Shown here in pieces: positions 1 to 9,098 of a stretch of DNA of 39,462 bases. Under the pieces are notes generated by a model. It searched no databases and was not told where the DNA came from. It saw nothing but the letters and a program-made list of their open reading frames with translations. The stretch is from an uncultured virus (IMG/VR IMGVR_UViG_3300025751_003710). Taxonomy: Duplodnaviria; Heunggongvirae; Uroviricota; Caudoviricetes. The stretch lies in the IMG/VR virus record IMGVR_UViG_3300025751_003710, one strand, 5' to 3'. The position numbers and the translations under genes are program-made. How positions within the stretch are numbered: the stretch's first letter is position 1; each line of letters starts with the position of its first letter.

Positions 1-2
1 AG

Positions 3-905
3 GATGAGGAAAAGGCAGCATTTCGCCGCAAGCAACGTCAAGATCCAAATCCTGATAGAAAAGGTAAGGCAATTAACGTAAAAACCGAGGAAGTTATGGC
101 AGAAAAGAAAGGTGAAAAGGATGCCTGTTACCACAAGGTTAAGTCTCGGTATTCTGTTTGGCCTTCAGCATATGCTTCTGGCGCATTAGTTAAATGTCGC
201 AAAGTTGGTGCTAAAAATTGGGGTAATAAATCTAAAAATGAATCGTATGATTTTTATAATTGGAGAGATGATTTTAAAGCATTAGAATTTGAAACCATTG
301 ATTTAATTAAACCAGAACCTCTTCAACCATCACAATCAGTAATTGATGAAGCAGGTAAAAAGTGCTGGAAAGGTTATAAGAAAGCAGGAACACAAAAATT
401 ATTTGGTAAAACATATAATCGTTGCGTAAAAGCAAATGAAGAAAAAGAACATAATATAGGTGGCGGTAATCTTAAAAAACTTGTAGGAAAAGCAGTAAAG
501 CGAATTGATGCCGATGTTGATGGTGATGTAGATACTGATGATATGAAAGCATCGGAAATGGGTGAATTCATCCCATCACCATCTGGTAAAAAAAGAATAA
601 AGACTAAAGCAAGATTTGAAGAGTTTTCTAATTGGAGACAAGACCTTGGTGAAGATTGGCAAAAAGTCAATAAAGGTGATAAGACTGACGGTATGAGTCA
701 GAAAGCAGTTAATGCTTACAAGCGTGAGAACCCAGGTTCTAAACTTAAGACTGCTGTAACTGAGAAGAACCCTGGTGGTAAGAGAGCAAAAAGACGTAAG
801 TCCTTCTGCGCTCGCTCCAACGGTCAGAGAAAGATGCACAACATCGATTGCTCCAAGACCCCAGATAAAGCAATTTGTAAAGCACGTAAACGCTGGAGAT
901 GCTGA
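3..905 (+). CDS. Modular basic/Cys-rich protein, probable head-internal protein (5' partial)
   Basis: The frame is open from position 3 (DEEKAAFRRKQRQDPNPDRKGKAINVKTEEVM...), so the ORF extends past the window edge. Basic modules are separated by Glu-containing spacers. Lies in the late region upstream of gp17. Confidence 0.75.
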   Translation, partial: DEEKAAFRRKQRQDPNPDRKGKAINVKTEEVMAEKKGEKDACYHKVKSRYSVWPSAYASGALVKCRKVGAKNWGNKSKNESYDFYNWRDDFKALEFETIDLIKPEPLQPSQSVIDEAGKKCWKGYKKAGTQKLFGKTYNRCVKANEEKEHNIGGGNLKKLVGKAVKRIDADVDGDVDTDDMKASEMGEFIPSPSGKKRIKTKARFEEFSNWRQDLGEDWQKVNKGDKTDGMSQKAVNAYKRENPGSKLKTAVTEKNPGGKRAKRRKSFCARSNGQRKMHNIDCSKTPDKAICKARKRWRC

Positions 906-1216
906 TGAAAAGTTTTCAACAATTTTTAAAAGAAAGTATCACCATCAATGGTGATTTCAACGGAACTCTAAACGTAGGTGGTTCCCAACCAGAGCAACAG
1001 CAGGAAGAATCATTCTCTGCTGATATTGTTTGGGAAGGTAAAATCTACCGCCTTGAAGTTGATGGTCCGATGATGAGCAAGAGTGAACTTGCCGAGCATC
1101 TTCTAAGTCAATATCCTGGAGCAATTATTCAGAACATTTATCCAGGAAGTTATTCACCATCAAAAATTAAAAGCGCACAAAGGTATAGACCAGAAAGATT
1201 AAGTTGGAGTGACTAA
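905..1216 (+). CDS. Small protein with capsid-targeting-like N-terminus (MKSFQQFLKE)
   Basis: ATG at 905 overlaps the upstream TGA (TGATG coupling). The N-terminus resembles the T4 internal-protein CTS MKTYQEFIAE. Confidence 0.7.
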   Translation: MKSFQQFLKESITINGDFNGTLNVGGSQPEQQQEESFSADIVWEGKIYRLEVDGPMMSKSELAEHLLSQYPGAIIQNIYPGSYSPSKIKSAQRYRPERLSWSD

Positions 1217-2028
1217 TGGCTCAGTGGAATAAAAATACACAAGACTATCTCAATCAAGAGAGAAGTCTATTTGAAGTCTATATGTGTGCCGACAAGTATG
1301 GCAACATTGGTGCTTGTGGTGGTGATACTCAGTTTGATTTGAATATTGCTGCAGGTATTACCACCCAGATGGCAAATGTTCATAAGTTTGGTGCAGTAGT
1401 TACAACATCAGCAACTTATGATACCGTTTGGTCTTATGGTGGTGCTTACACATTTCCATCCTCCGCAGGAATTGTTACTGTAACTTCCAGTTCTGCTCAG
1501 GATGATTCTGGCGGAACGGGAGCACTTACAGTTAGACTTCAAGGTCTTGATGCGAACTATAATGAAGTAGAAGAAGATTTTACTCTTAATGGAACTGTCG
1601 GTGTTGCTGGAACGGTAGAATTTTTAAGAACTCATAGAGCATTTGTTCTTACTGGTAACAATGACAATAATAACGTAGGTGCTATTAACTTCACTCATAG
1701 TGTTGGAGTTACTTGTCAGATTGCAGCGGGAATGGGTCAATCTCAAGTTACTTTCTATACCATTCCAGCAGGTAAGAGTGGATACTTAAGGGCATTTGCC
1801 GCAACCATGAATAAAAATCAAGAGAATACTGTTAGATTATTCCAGAAAAAACCAGATGGTGGTGTATCCAGACTCGCTAGCGAATTGAATCTATATAATA
1901 GTAATATGCACACTACTTTCAGTATTCCACTTTACTTCACCGAAAAAACAGATCTTGAAGTAAGGACATATACTGGTAGTAATGCAACTGTCTCATCAAT
2001 GTTTGATTTACTGATTGTTGATAACTAG
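1216..2028 (+). CDS. Hypothetical protein, possibly structural (Gly/Thr/Ala-rich, beta-rich)
   Basis: 270-aa ORF translationally coupled to the upstream gene (TAATG). Confidence 0.7.
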   Translation: MAQWNKNTQDYLNQERSLFEVYMCADKYGNIGACGGDTQFDLNIAAGITTQMANVHKFGAVVTTSATYDTVWSYGGAYTFPSSAGIVTVTSSSAQDDSGGTGALTVRLQGLDANYNEVEEDFTLNGTVGVAGTVEFLRTHRAFVLTGNNDNNNVGAINFTHSVGVTCQIAAGMGQSQVTFYTIPAGKSGYLRAFAATMNKNQENTVRLFQKKPDGGVSRLASELNLYNSNMHTTFSIPLYFTEKTDLEVRTYTGSNATVSSMFDLLIVDN

Positions 2029-2036
2029 ATTAATTT

Positions 2037-3686
2037 ATGAGTGATAACGTTTATCTTGGTAATCCTAATTTAAAAAAAGCAAATACGCCGATTGAATTCA
2101 CTGAAGAAGATATCATTGAATTTATGAGGTGTAAGGAAGATCCTGTTTATTTTGCAAGAAATTATATTAAGATTGTTTCTCTTGATCATGGATTAGTTCC
2201 ATTTAACATGTATCCTTTTCAGGAAAAGTTAATTGATAATTTCCATAAGAATAGGTTTAATATATGCAAGATGCCACGTCAGACTGGTAAGTCTACTACT
2301 TGTGTATCATATCTTCTACACTACGCTGTTTTTAACGATAATGTTAATATCGCCATCCTAGCAAACAAGGCATCAACGGCAAGAGACCTTCTTGGTAGGT
2401 TACAACTTGCATACGAAAACTTGCCAAAATGGATGCAGCAAGGTATTATATCTTGGAATAAGGGTTCCCTGGAATTAGAAAATGGCTCCAAAATTTCGGC
2501 TAACTCTACTTCTTCATCTGCTGTCAGAGGCGGATCCTATAATGTCATCTTTCTTGACGAGTTCGCGTTCATCCCGAATCACATTGCTGATGACTTCTTT
2601 GCCTCTGTTTATCCTACTATTTCTTCTGGACAGAGCACAAAGGTAATTATTGTTTCTACCCCTCGCGGTATGAATCATTTTTACAGAATGTGGCATGATT
2701 CACAGCGCGGTAAAAATGAGTATGTACCTACAGATGTTCATTGGAGTGAAGTTCCTGGGAGAGATGCTGAGTGGAAAGAACAAACAATAGCAAATACTTC
2801 AGAGCAACAATTCAAAGTTGAGTTTGAGTGTGAGTTTTTAGGATCTGTTGATACTCTCATCAATCCAGCAAAACTTAGAAATTTAGTATATGAGGATCCG
2901 ATTCAAAGAAATAAGGGATTGGATATTTATTCTCACCCTAAAGAAGACCACTCATATATGATCACTGTTGATGTTGCACGTGGAGTTGGTGGAGATTACT
3001 CTGCTTTTGTAGTTTTTGATATTACATCTTTTCCGTACAATATTGTTGCAAAGTATAGAAATAATGAAATAAAACCAATGTTATTTCCAAGTGTTATAGA
3101 ACCTGTAGCAAAGGCATATAACAATTCTTGGATATTGGTAGAAATTAATGATATTGGAGATCAAATAGCAAATATTTTACACTACGACTTAGAATATGAA
3201 AATATTCTAATGTGTTCCCAAAGAGGTAGATCTGGTCAAATAGTGGGTACTGGATTTAGTGGTAAAAAGTCATATCTAGGAATTAGAATGACTGCAGCTG
3301 TAAAAAAATTGGGATGTTCAAATTTAAGAACTTTAATTGAAGATGATAAATTGATGACATGTGATTATGATATCATCAGTGAGATGACTACGTTTATTCA
3401 TAAAAGTAATACTTTTATGGCTGAAGAAGGATGTAATGATGATTTAATGATGTGTTTGGTTATTTTTGCATGGTTAGTTGCTCAACCATATTTTAAAGAA
3501 ATGACTGATGATGATATTCGTAAAAGAATATATGAAGAGCAAGAAGAGCAAATAGAAGCTGATATGGCACCGTTTGGATTTATACAGGATGGTATTAATG
3601 ATATGACTACATTTACAGATAAAGATGGTGATACTTGGTATGCTGATGAATATGGCGATAGAAGTTATATGTGGGATTATTACTAA
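2037..3686 (+). CDS. gp17: Terminase large subunit gp17
   Basis: Walker A PRQTGKST, Walker B IFLDEFAF, coupling motif STPRG, nuclease motifs TVDVARG and NDDLMM. Confidence 0.98.
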   Translation: MSDNVYLGNPNLKKANTPIEFTEEDIIEFMRCKEDPVYFARNYIKIVSLDHGLVPFNMYPFQEKLIDNFHKNRFNICKMPRQTGKSTTCVSYLLHYAVFNDNVNIAILANKASTARDLLGRLQLAYENLPKWMQQGIISWNKGSLELENGSKISANSTSSSAVRGGSYNVIFLDEFAFIPNHIADDFFASVYPTISSGQSTKVIIVSTPRGMNHFYRMWHDSQRGKNEYVPTDVHWSEVPGRDAEWKEQTIANTSEQQFKVEFECEFLGSVDTLINPAKLRNLVYEDPIQRNKGLDIYSHPKEDHSYMITVDVARGVGGDYSAFVVFDITSFPYNIVAKYRNNEIKPMLFPSVIEPVAKAYNNSWILVEINDIGDQIANILHYDLEYENILMCSQRGRSGQIVGTGFSGKKSYLGIRMTAAVKKLGCSNLRTLIEDDKLMTCDYDIISEMTTFIHKSNTFMAEEGCNDDLMMCLVIFAWLVAQPYFKEMTDDDIRKRIYEEQEEQIEADMAPFGFIQDGINDMTTFTDKDGDTWYADEYGDRSYMWDYY

Positions 3687-3964
3687 TGAATCTTGACGAA
3701 GATAATTTTGTAGATCAAATTAATTTGGAACACTTATTGTTTCATGAAAGAACTTGTAGAGTTTGTGGTAAAAGAAAAAATCTATTGGATGATTTTTACT
3801 TATCTTATAAGGATAGAAAATCTTTACCATCTTCGTATTCATATGAATGTAAAGAATGTACAATTCAAAGAATAAGAAAAAATAGAGCTAGGAACAAAAA
3901 AGCAAAAGAACTGTATGATAAAAAATATGAAAAATATATGATGCAAGACTATCCAGACTGGTGA
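3686..3964 (+). CDS. Small zinc-finger protein (CxxC...CxxC); resembles the N-terminal Zn domain of phage endonucleases
   Basis: CRVC...CKEC motifs. ATG at 3686 overlaps the gp17 TAA. No recognisable catalytic nuclease domain. Confidence 0.7.
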   Translation: MNLDEDNFVDQINLEHLLFHERTCRVCGKRKNLLDDFYLSYKDRKSLPSSYSYECKECTIQRIRKNRARNKKAKELYDKKYEKYMMQDYPDW

Positions 3965-4005
3965 TAGTGTTCGCGTAGTGTTTCCCCATCAGAACTACCC
4001 ATTTT

Positions 4006-4013
4006 AATAAATA
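4006..4013 (+). promoter_or_regulatory. T4-type late promoter (AATAAATA) for gp18
   Basis: 7/8 match to TATAAATA, 33 nt before the ATG; SD AGGAG at 4033-4037. Confidence 0.75.
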
Positions 4014-4045
4014 ATTTTAGAATATTTCTGATAGGAGTCAAGAAG

Positions 4046-6247
4046 ATGCCGTTAAATTTAGCATCTCCTGGAGTTGTTTTAAAGGAAGTTGATGTAACCA
4101 TTGGTAGAGTAGATCCAACTTCAGATGCCGTAGCAGCCATTGTTTCACCTTTTGAAAAAGGTCCAGTTGAAGAAGGTTTTGTTATTGATAATGAGCAGGA
4201 GTTGCTGTCTAATTACGGTCAACCAAGACAGGTAGATGGTCACTACGAGTCATGGTTTACAGGATCATCATATATGGCATATGGTGGAAGATTGATGGTC
4301 ATTAGATCAGATGGTACCAGCTTATCAAACGCAACAGTTGGAGTTGGAACATCCGCAAAAATTAATAGTGAGCAAGATTATATCAATAAAGGATATAATG
4401 AAACTGCAATGTCACAAATTGCATCTGCCAGAAACCCAGGATCATGGGCAAATGGTTTGAATGTTGCCATCATTGATGGACGTGCTGATCAAATCCTTAG
4501 TGGTATTGCTACAGCTAGTGTAGAAGTTGGTTTTGGTATAACAATGAGCCTTAGTGGCGTTGTTGCAGTTGGTTCTGGAACTACATCTGAACTTGATGGT
4601 GTATTGAGGGGTGTTGTTACTGGAGTTGGTTCCAGCACATTAGATGTTAAAGTATTGGATTACACTGCTGCAGGTGGAACTGCTGTAGTTACCGATTATG
4701 AACCACGTGGTGTATATAGATTCAAAGATTCGGGAGATGTTACTGTATTCAACAACTCGAATGTAGTAGCAGCATCACCATCATTCACAGCACAAAGTGA
4801 TTGGTTTGATGCACAAAAGGTTACTTTAGGAAATACCACAATTTCTTGGAATACATTAGCACCTAGACCAGGAACATCTAGATTTGCTGCTGATCGTGGA
4901 GCAAGATTTGATGAAGTTCACGTTGTAGTAATCGACGGAACTGGATCAATTACTGGAAACAGAAATACTATTTTAGAGAAGCACGTTTCTCTTTCCAAGG
5001 CATCCGATGCCATTTACGCTGCAGGTAGTTCTTCTTACTGGAATAAGTATATTTCAGAAAATTCTGAATATATCTTCACTGGTGCAGAACCACGTGGTGT
5101 AGCAGCAATGAGTGGTGGTGCATCCGCAGGATGGGTTGGTTTAACATCTACTACTGATATTGGACTTGCCGCAAATAACGCTGTTGATACAGGAACTGCT
5201 TGGAATGCACCTGTAGTTGATGGAAAAGCCTACAGAATGCTTGGAAACACAACATTCAAATTAGGTGATGGTTTAAACTATGACGGTAAATATGATTTAG
5301 GAACCACTGGTGCACTTAAAGCGGAATTATCTGGTTTAGTTGCTGGTTATGATCTATTAACCAATACTGAACTCTATGATGTAGATTTCTTACTCATGGG
5401 TTCTGCAGCACATACAAAAGAAGAAGGACAAGCACTTGCTTCAAAGTTAATTTCAGTTGCTGAACAAAGACAGGATGCTGTTGCATTTATTAGTCCAAAT
5501 AAGGGTTCTATTCTGAAAAACTCTGGTAGTAAGGAATATACTCCTTTAAGTTCAACTTCAATGACTGATAATGTAGTTTCTTTCTACTCTTCAGTTCCAT
5601 CATCGTCTTATGCCATTTTTGATAGTGGATATAAGTACATGTATGATAGATTTGCAAAGACCTTTAGATATGTACCTTTAAATGGTGATATTGCGGGAAT
5701 TTGTGCAAGAAATGATGTAACAAATGCTTCATGGGTCTCTCCTGCAGGAACTTCTAGAGGTGCAGTATTAAATGCAGTTAAACTTGCATATAATCCATCT
5801 AAGACTGAAAGAGATCGCCTTTATTCTGCAAGAATTAACCCTGTAATTTTCTCACCAGGATCTGGAATTATTCTGTTTGGTGATAAAACAGGACTTGCTA
5901 AAGCATCTGCATTTGATCGTATTAATGTTCGTAGATTGTTCATCTATGTTGAAGATGCAATTAGAGCAGCTGCTGATGATCAGTTATTTGAATTCAATGA
6001 TGACATAACAAGATCTAACTTCGTAAACATTGTTGATCCTTTCCTCAGAAACATTCAGGCACAAAGAGGTATTCAGGATTATAGAGTTGTTTGTGACAGA
6101 ACGAACAACACTGCCGCAATTATCGATAACAACGAATTTGTTGCAGACATCTACATTAAACCATCTCGTTCTATTAACTTTATTGGATTAACATTCGTTG
6201 CAACAAGAAGTGGCATTGAGTTTAATGAAGTTGTTGGTAATGTTTGA
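4046..6247 (+). CDS. gp18: Tail sheath protein gp18
   Basis: N-terminal SPGVVLKEVD; C-terminal SPAG.RG, FGDKT, FDRINVRRLF, FEFND and IYIKPSRSINFI sheath motifs. Confidence 0.98.
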   Translation: MPLNLASPGVVLKEVDVTIGRVDPTSDAVAAIVSPFEKGPVEEGFVIDNEQELLSNYGQPRQVDGHYESWFTGSSYMAYGGRLMVIRSDGTSLSNATVGVGTSAKINSEQDYINKGYNETAMSQIASARNPGSWANGLNVAIIDGRADQILSGIATASVEVGFGITMSLSGVVAVGSGTTSELDGVLRGVVTGVGSSTLDVKVLDYTAAGGTAVVTDYEPRGVYRFKDSGDVTVFNNSNVVAASPSFTAQSDWFDAQKVTLGNTTISWNTLAPRPGTSRFAADRGARFDEVHVVVIDGTGSITGNRNTILEKHVSLSKASDAIYAAGSSSYWNKYISENSEYIFTGAEPRGVAAMSGGASAGWVGLTSTTDIGLAANNAVDTGTAWNAPVVDGKAYRMLGNTTFKLGDGLNYDGKYDLGTTGALKAELSGLVAGYDLLTNTELYDVDFLLMGSAAHTKEEGQALASKLISVAEQRQDAVAFISPNKGSILKNSGSKEYTPLSSTSMTDNVVSFYSSVPSSSYAIFDSGYKYMYDRFAKTFRYVPLNGDIAGICARNDVTNASWVSPAGTSRGAVLNAVKLAYNPSKTERDRLYSARINPVIFSPGSGIILFGDKTGLAKASAFDRINVRRLFIYVEDAIRAAADDQLFEFNDDITRSNFVNIVDPFLRNIQAQRGIQDYRVVCDRTNNTAAIIDNNEFVADIYIKPSRSINFIGLTFVATRSGIEFNEVVGNV

Positions 6248-6294
6248 TTTCACTTTATTAACCTATTCAAAATAATTAAAACGAGGAAAGATTA

Positions 6295-6894
6295 ATGGCA
6301 TTAAAGACGTTAGACAATTTTAAGGCAGCACTTATTGGTGGTGGTGCAAGACCTAATCTATTTGAGGTTAGTGTTACGTTCCCAGATTCATTAGCAGTTG
6401 GAGATGAGACTCAAGCAATCACTGCTCCTACAACTAGCACTGGAAATGAGAGTCTCTTAACATTCATGGTTAAAGCTGCACAACTTCCAGCTTCAAATAT
6501 CACTCCTGTTGAAATTCCTTTTAGAGGAAGAACACTTAAAGTTGCTGGAGAAAGAACATTTGATACTTGGACTATCACAGTTTTAAATGATGTTGACTTC
6601 AAAATCAGAACTGCATTTGAGCAATGGATGAATGGAATCAGTAGAATCAGTGATGCTACTGGAGAAGTTGATCCAAATACGTATCAAAAGTCTGCAACTG
6701 TTAAGCAGTTGGACAGAGCTGGTGCTTCAATGAGAGAATACAAGTTTGAAGGTATTTTCCCAACCAATGTTGGTCAAATTGACCTTTCTATGGATTCAAC
6801 AGATACTATTGAAGAATATACTGTTGAATTCCAAGTTCAATATTGGGAAGCTATAGCAGATACTTCTGATAGCACTAAACCAGAAATCAGCTGA
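6295..6894 (+). CDS. gp19: Tail tube protein gp19
   Basis: GGARPNLFEV, GERTFDTWTITVLND, FPTNV and IEEYTVEFQVQYW motifs; follows gp18. Confidence 0.97.
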   Translation: MALKTLDNFKAALIGGGARPNLFEVSVTFPDSLAVGDETQAITAPTTSTGNESLLTFMVKAAQLPASNITPVEIPFRGRTLKVAGERTFDTWTITVLNDVDFKIRTAFEQWMNGISRISDATGEVDPNTYQKSATVKQLDRAGASMREYKFEGIFPTNVGQIDLSMDSTDTIEEYTVEFQVQYWEAIADTSDSTKPEIS

Positions 6895-6913
6895 TCCACA
6901 AGTTAGTTAGTTG

Positions 6914-6921
6914 AATAAATA
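6914..6921 (+). promoter_or_regulatory. Late promoter (AATAAATA) for gp20
   Basis: Intergenic NATAAATA upstream of the portal gene, flanked by an inverted repeat. Confidence 0.7.
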
Positions 6922-6952
6922 ACTACTAACGAGTTCATTCTAATTTTATACT

Positions 6953-8626
6953 ATGCCAAGACTATTTGGTTTTTCTATTGAGGATCAGAAGGATAAATCC
7001 AAAATTATTTCCCCCGTCCCCAAGTCTAATGAGGACGGGGTTGATAATTTTGTAAGTAGTGGGTTTTATGGACAATACCTAGATATTGAAGGTGTTTATA
7101 GAACAGAAAGTGATCTAATAAAAAGATATAGGGAAATGGCACTCCATCCAGAATGTGATGGTGCTATTGAAGATGTAGTAAATGAAGCAATTGTAAGTGA
7201 TTTATACGATTCTCCCGTAGAAATTGAGCTTTCAAATTTAAACGCTAGCGATAAAATAAAAGAAAAAATTAGAGAAGAATTTAGATACATCAAAGAATTG
7301 ATGGATTTTGACAAAAAATGTCATGAGATATTCAGAAATTGGTATGTTGATGGTAGAATTTATTATTTAAAAATTATTGATCCAAAAAATGCATCTGATG
7401 GGATTCAAGAGATAAGATATATTGATCCCATGAAAATGCGTCATATTAGAAAGCAGAAAAAACAAGATAAGGATAAAAATCGATTACAACCAATTAATAA
7501 AACTAACGAAAAATTTGATATAAATCCAGAGATAGAAGAGTATTATGTATATACTCCCCAGGCAACATATCCTGGAACAATGTCACCTGGATCTACGACA
7601 AATAAAGGGGTTAGAATTGCAAAAGACAGTATTACTTACTGTACTTCTGGATTAGTAGATAGAAATAAAGGAACTATACTTTCATATTTGCATAAAGCAA
7701 TCAAGTCACTCAATCAACTCCGCATGATTGAAGACTCTCTTGTTATCTATAGACTATCACGCGCACCTGAGCGTAGAATTTTCTACATTGACGTTGGCAA
7801 TCTCCCCAAGGTAAAGGCAGAACAATATCTACGTGATGTAATGAGTAGATATAGAAATAAATTAGTATACGATTCCAAAAATGGTGAGGTTAGAGATGAC
7901 CGCAAATTTATGAGTATGTTGGAAGATTTTTGGCTTCCTCGCCGCGAAGGTGGTAGAGGAACCGAAATTACAACTCTTCCTGGTGGTCAAAATCTAGGTG
8001 AACTTTCGGATATTGAATATTTCCAGAAAAAACTTTATCGTTCTCTTGGAGTTCCAGAATCCAGAATTGCTGCTGATGGTGGATTTAATTTAGGGCGTTC
8101 ATCAGAAATTCTTAGAGATGAATTGAAGTTCACAAAATTTGTTGGAAGATTGCGTAAACGTTTTGCAAATATGTTTACGGACATGTTGAAGACACAATTG
8201 ATTCTCAAAAATATTGTATCATTAGAAGATTGGGATAAAATTTCAGATCATATTCAATATGATTTTCTGTATGATAATCAGTTTGCAGAATTAAAAGAAT
8301 CTGAACTAATGAATGAACGTCTTGGTACATTAGCAACTATTGAACCTTATATTGGTAAATATTATTCTGTTGATTATGTCAGAAGAAAAATTCTTCGCCA
8401 AACTGATGAAGAAATTAAAGAAATTGATACTCAAATTGAAAAGGAAATTAAAGACGGAATAATTCCAGATCCAAATTCTATTGATCCAATCACTGGTGAA
8501 CCACTCCCAGATGGTGGTGAAGAAATGGGAATGATGGGAGATATGCAAATGGAACCAGATTTGGAAGCACAATCTCAAGATGTTGATGCAAACTTCCAAA
8601 AAGATACCAAAAAAGCAGAAATATAA
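6953..8626 (+). CDS. gp20: Portal vertex protein gp20
   Basis: YRLSRAPERRIFYIDVGNLPK and EDFWLPRREGGRGTEITTLPGGQNLG motifs. Confidence 0.99.
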   Translation: MPRLFGFSIEDQKDKSKIISPVPKSNEDGVDNFVSSGFYGQYLDIEGVYRTESDLIKRYREMALHPECDGAIEDVVNEAIVSDLYDSPVEIELSNLNASDKIKEKIREEFRYIKELMDFDKKCHEIFRNWYVDGRIYYLKIIDPKNASDGIQEIRYIDPMKMRHIRKQKKQDKDKNRLQPINKTNEKFDINPEIEEYYVYTPQATYPGTMSPGSTTNKGVRIAKDSITYCTSGLVDRNKGTILSYLHKAIKSLNQLRMIEDSLVIYRLSRAPERRIFYIDVGNLPKVKAEQYLRDVMSRYRNKLVYDSKNGEVRDDRKFMSMLEDFWLPRREGGRGTEITTLPGGQNLGELSDIEYFQKKLYRSLGVPESRIAADGGFNLGRSSEILRDELKFTKFVGRLRKRFANMFTDMLKTQLILKNIVSLEDWDKISDHIQYDFLYDNQFAELKESELMNERLGTLATIEPYIGKYYSVDYVRRKILRQTDEEIKEIDTQIEKEIKDGIIPDPNSIDPITGEPLPDGGEEMGMMGDMQMEPDLEAQSQDVDANFQKDTKKAEI

Positions 8627-8629
8627 ATA
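8622..8629 (+). promoter_or_regulatory. Late promoter TATAAATA
   Basis: Exact T4 late consensus overlapping the gp20 stop codon. Confidence 0.8.
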
Positions 8630-8653
8630 ATTAAATAAAAACATAATAAATTC

Positions 8654-8821
8654 ATGGAAAATATTGTAGATTTGATAGCATCTGATGCGTCTGCTTCGGA
8701 GATTTCCGATTCATTAAAAAATGCATTATTTGCTAAGGCTGAGAATAAAATAAACGATCTCCGTCCATCTGTTGCTTCTTCAATGTTTGATGTTTCACCA
8801 GAAGAGGAGACTGGAGAATGA
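8654..8821 (+). CDS. Small prohead core protein, gp67-like (55 aa; not in the ORF track)
   Basis: Hand translation: MENIVDLIASDASASEISDSLKNALFAKAENKINDLRPSVASSMFDVSPEEETGE. Sits at the gp67 position after gp20, has an acidic tail, and overlaps the next gene by ATGA. Confidence 0.7.
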   Translation: MENIVDLIASDASASEISDSLKNALFAKAENKINDLRPSVASSMFDVSPEEETGE

Positions 8822-9093
8822 CTGTAAAACCAATAAGTCTTGGTAAAGATCTTAGTGTCGCTACAGAGGCTGATGATTTAGATTCTGCAAGATTAGTATC
8901 AATTATCAACACAAATACTGCTGCGATAAAAGTGATTATTGCAGGAACTTCATCTTATGAAATTCATATGGCAGGGGGAGAAAGACTTTCTGTTGAAAAA
9001 GACATTGGAGCAAATCTTACACCTGAACTTGCAGCAGGTGGAGCAGTTAGTGCTGGTACAGTATTTGGTTCTCAAGTAGCATTTACAAATTAA
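8818..9093 (+). CDS. Hypothetical protein in the head module
   Basis: 91-aa ORF coupled to the upstream gene, immediately before gp21. Confidence 0.7.
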   Translation: MTVKPISLGKDLSVATEADDLDSARLVSIINTNTAAIKVIIAGTSSYEIHMAGGERLSVEKDIGANLTPELAAGGAVSAGTVFGSQVAFTN

Positions 9094-9098
9094 GAAAA

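Noticed and set aside
3686..3964. Homing endonuclease between gp17 and gp18
   Set aside because: Only a Zn-finger-like part is present; there is no HNH, GIY-YIG or EndoVII catalytic motif, so it is not called a mobile element.
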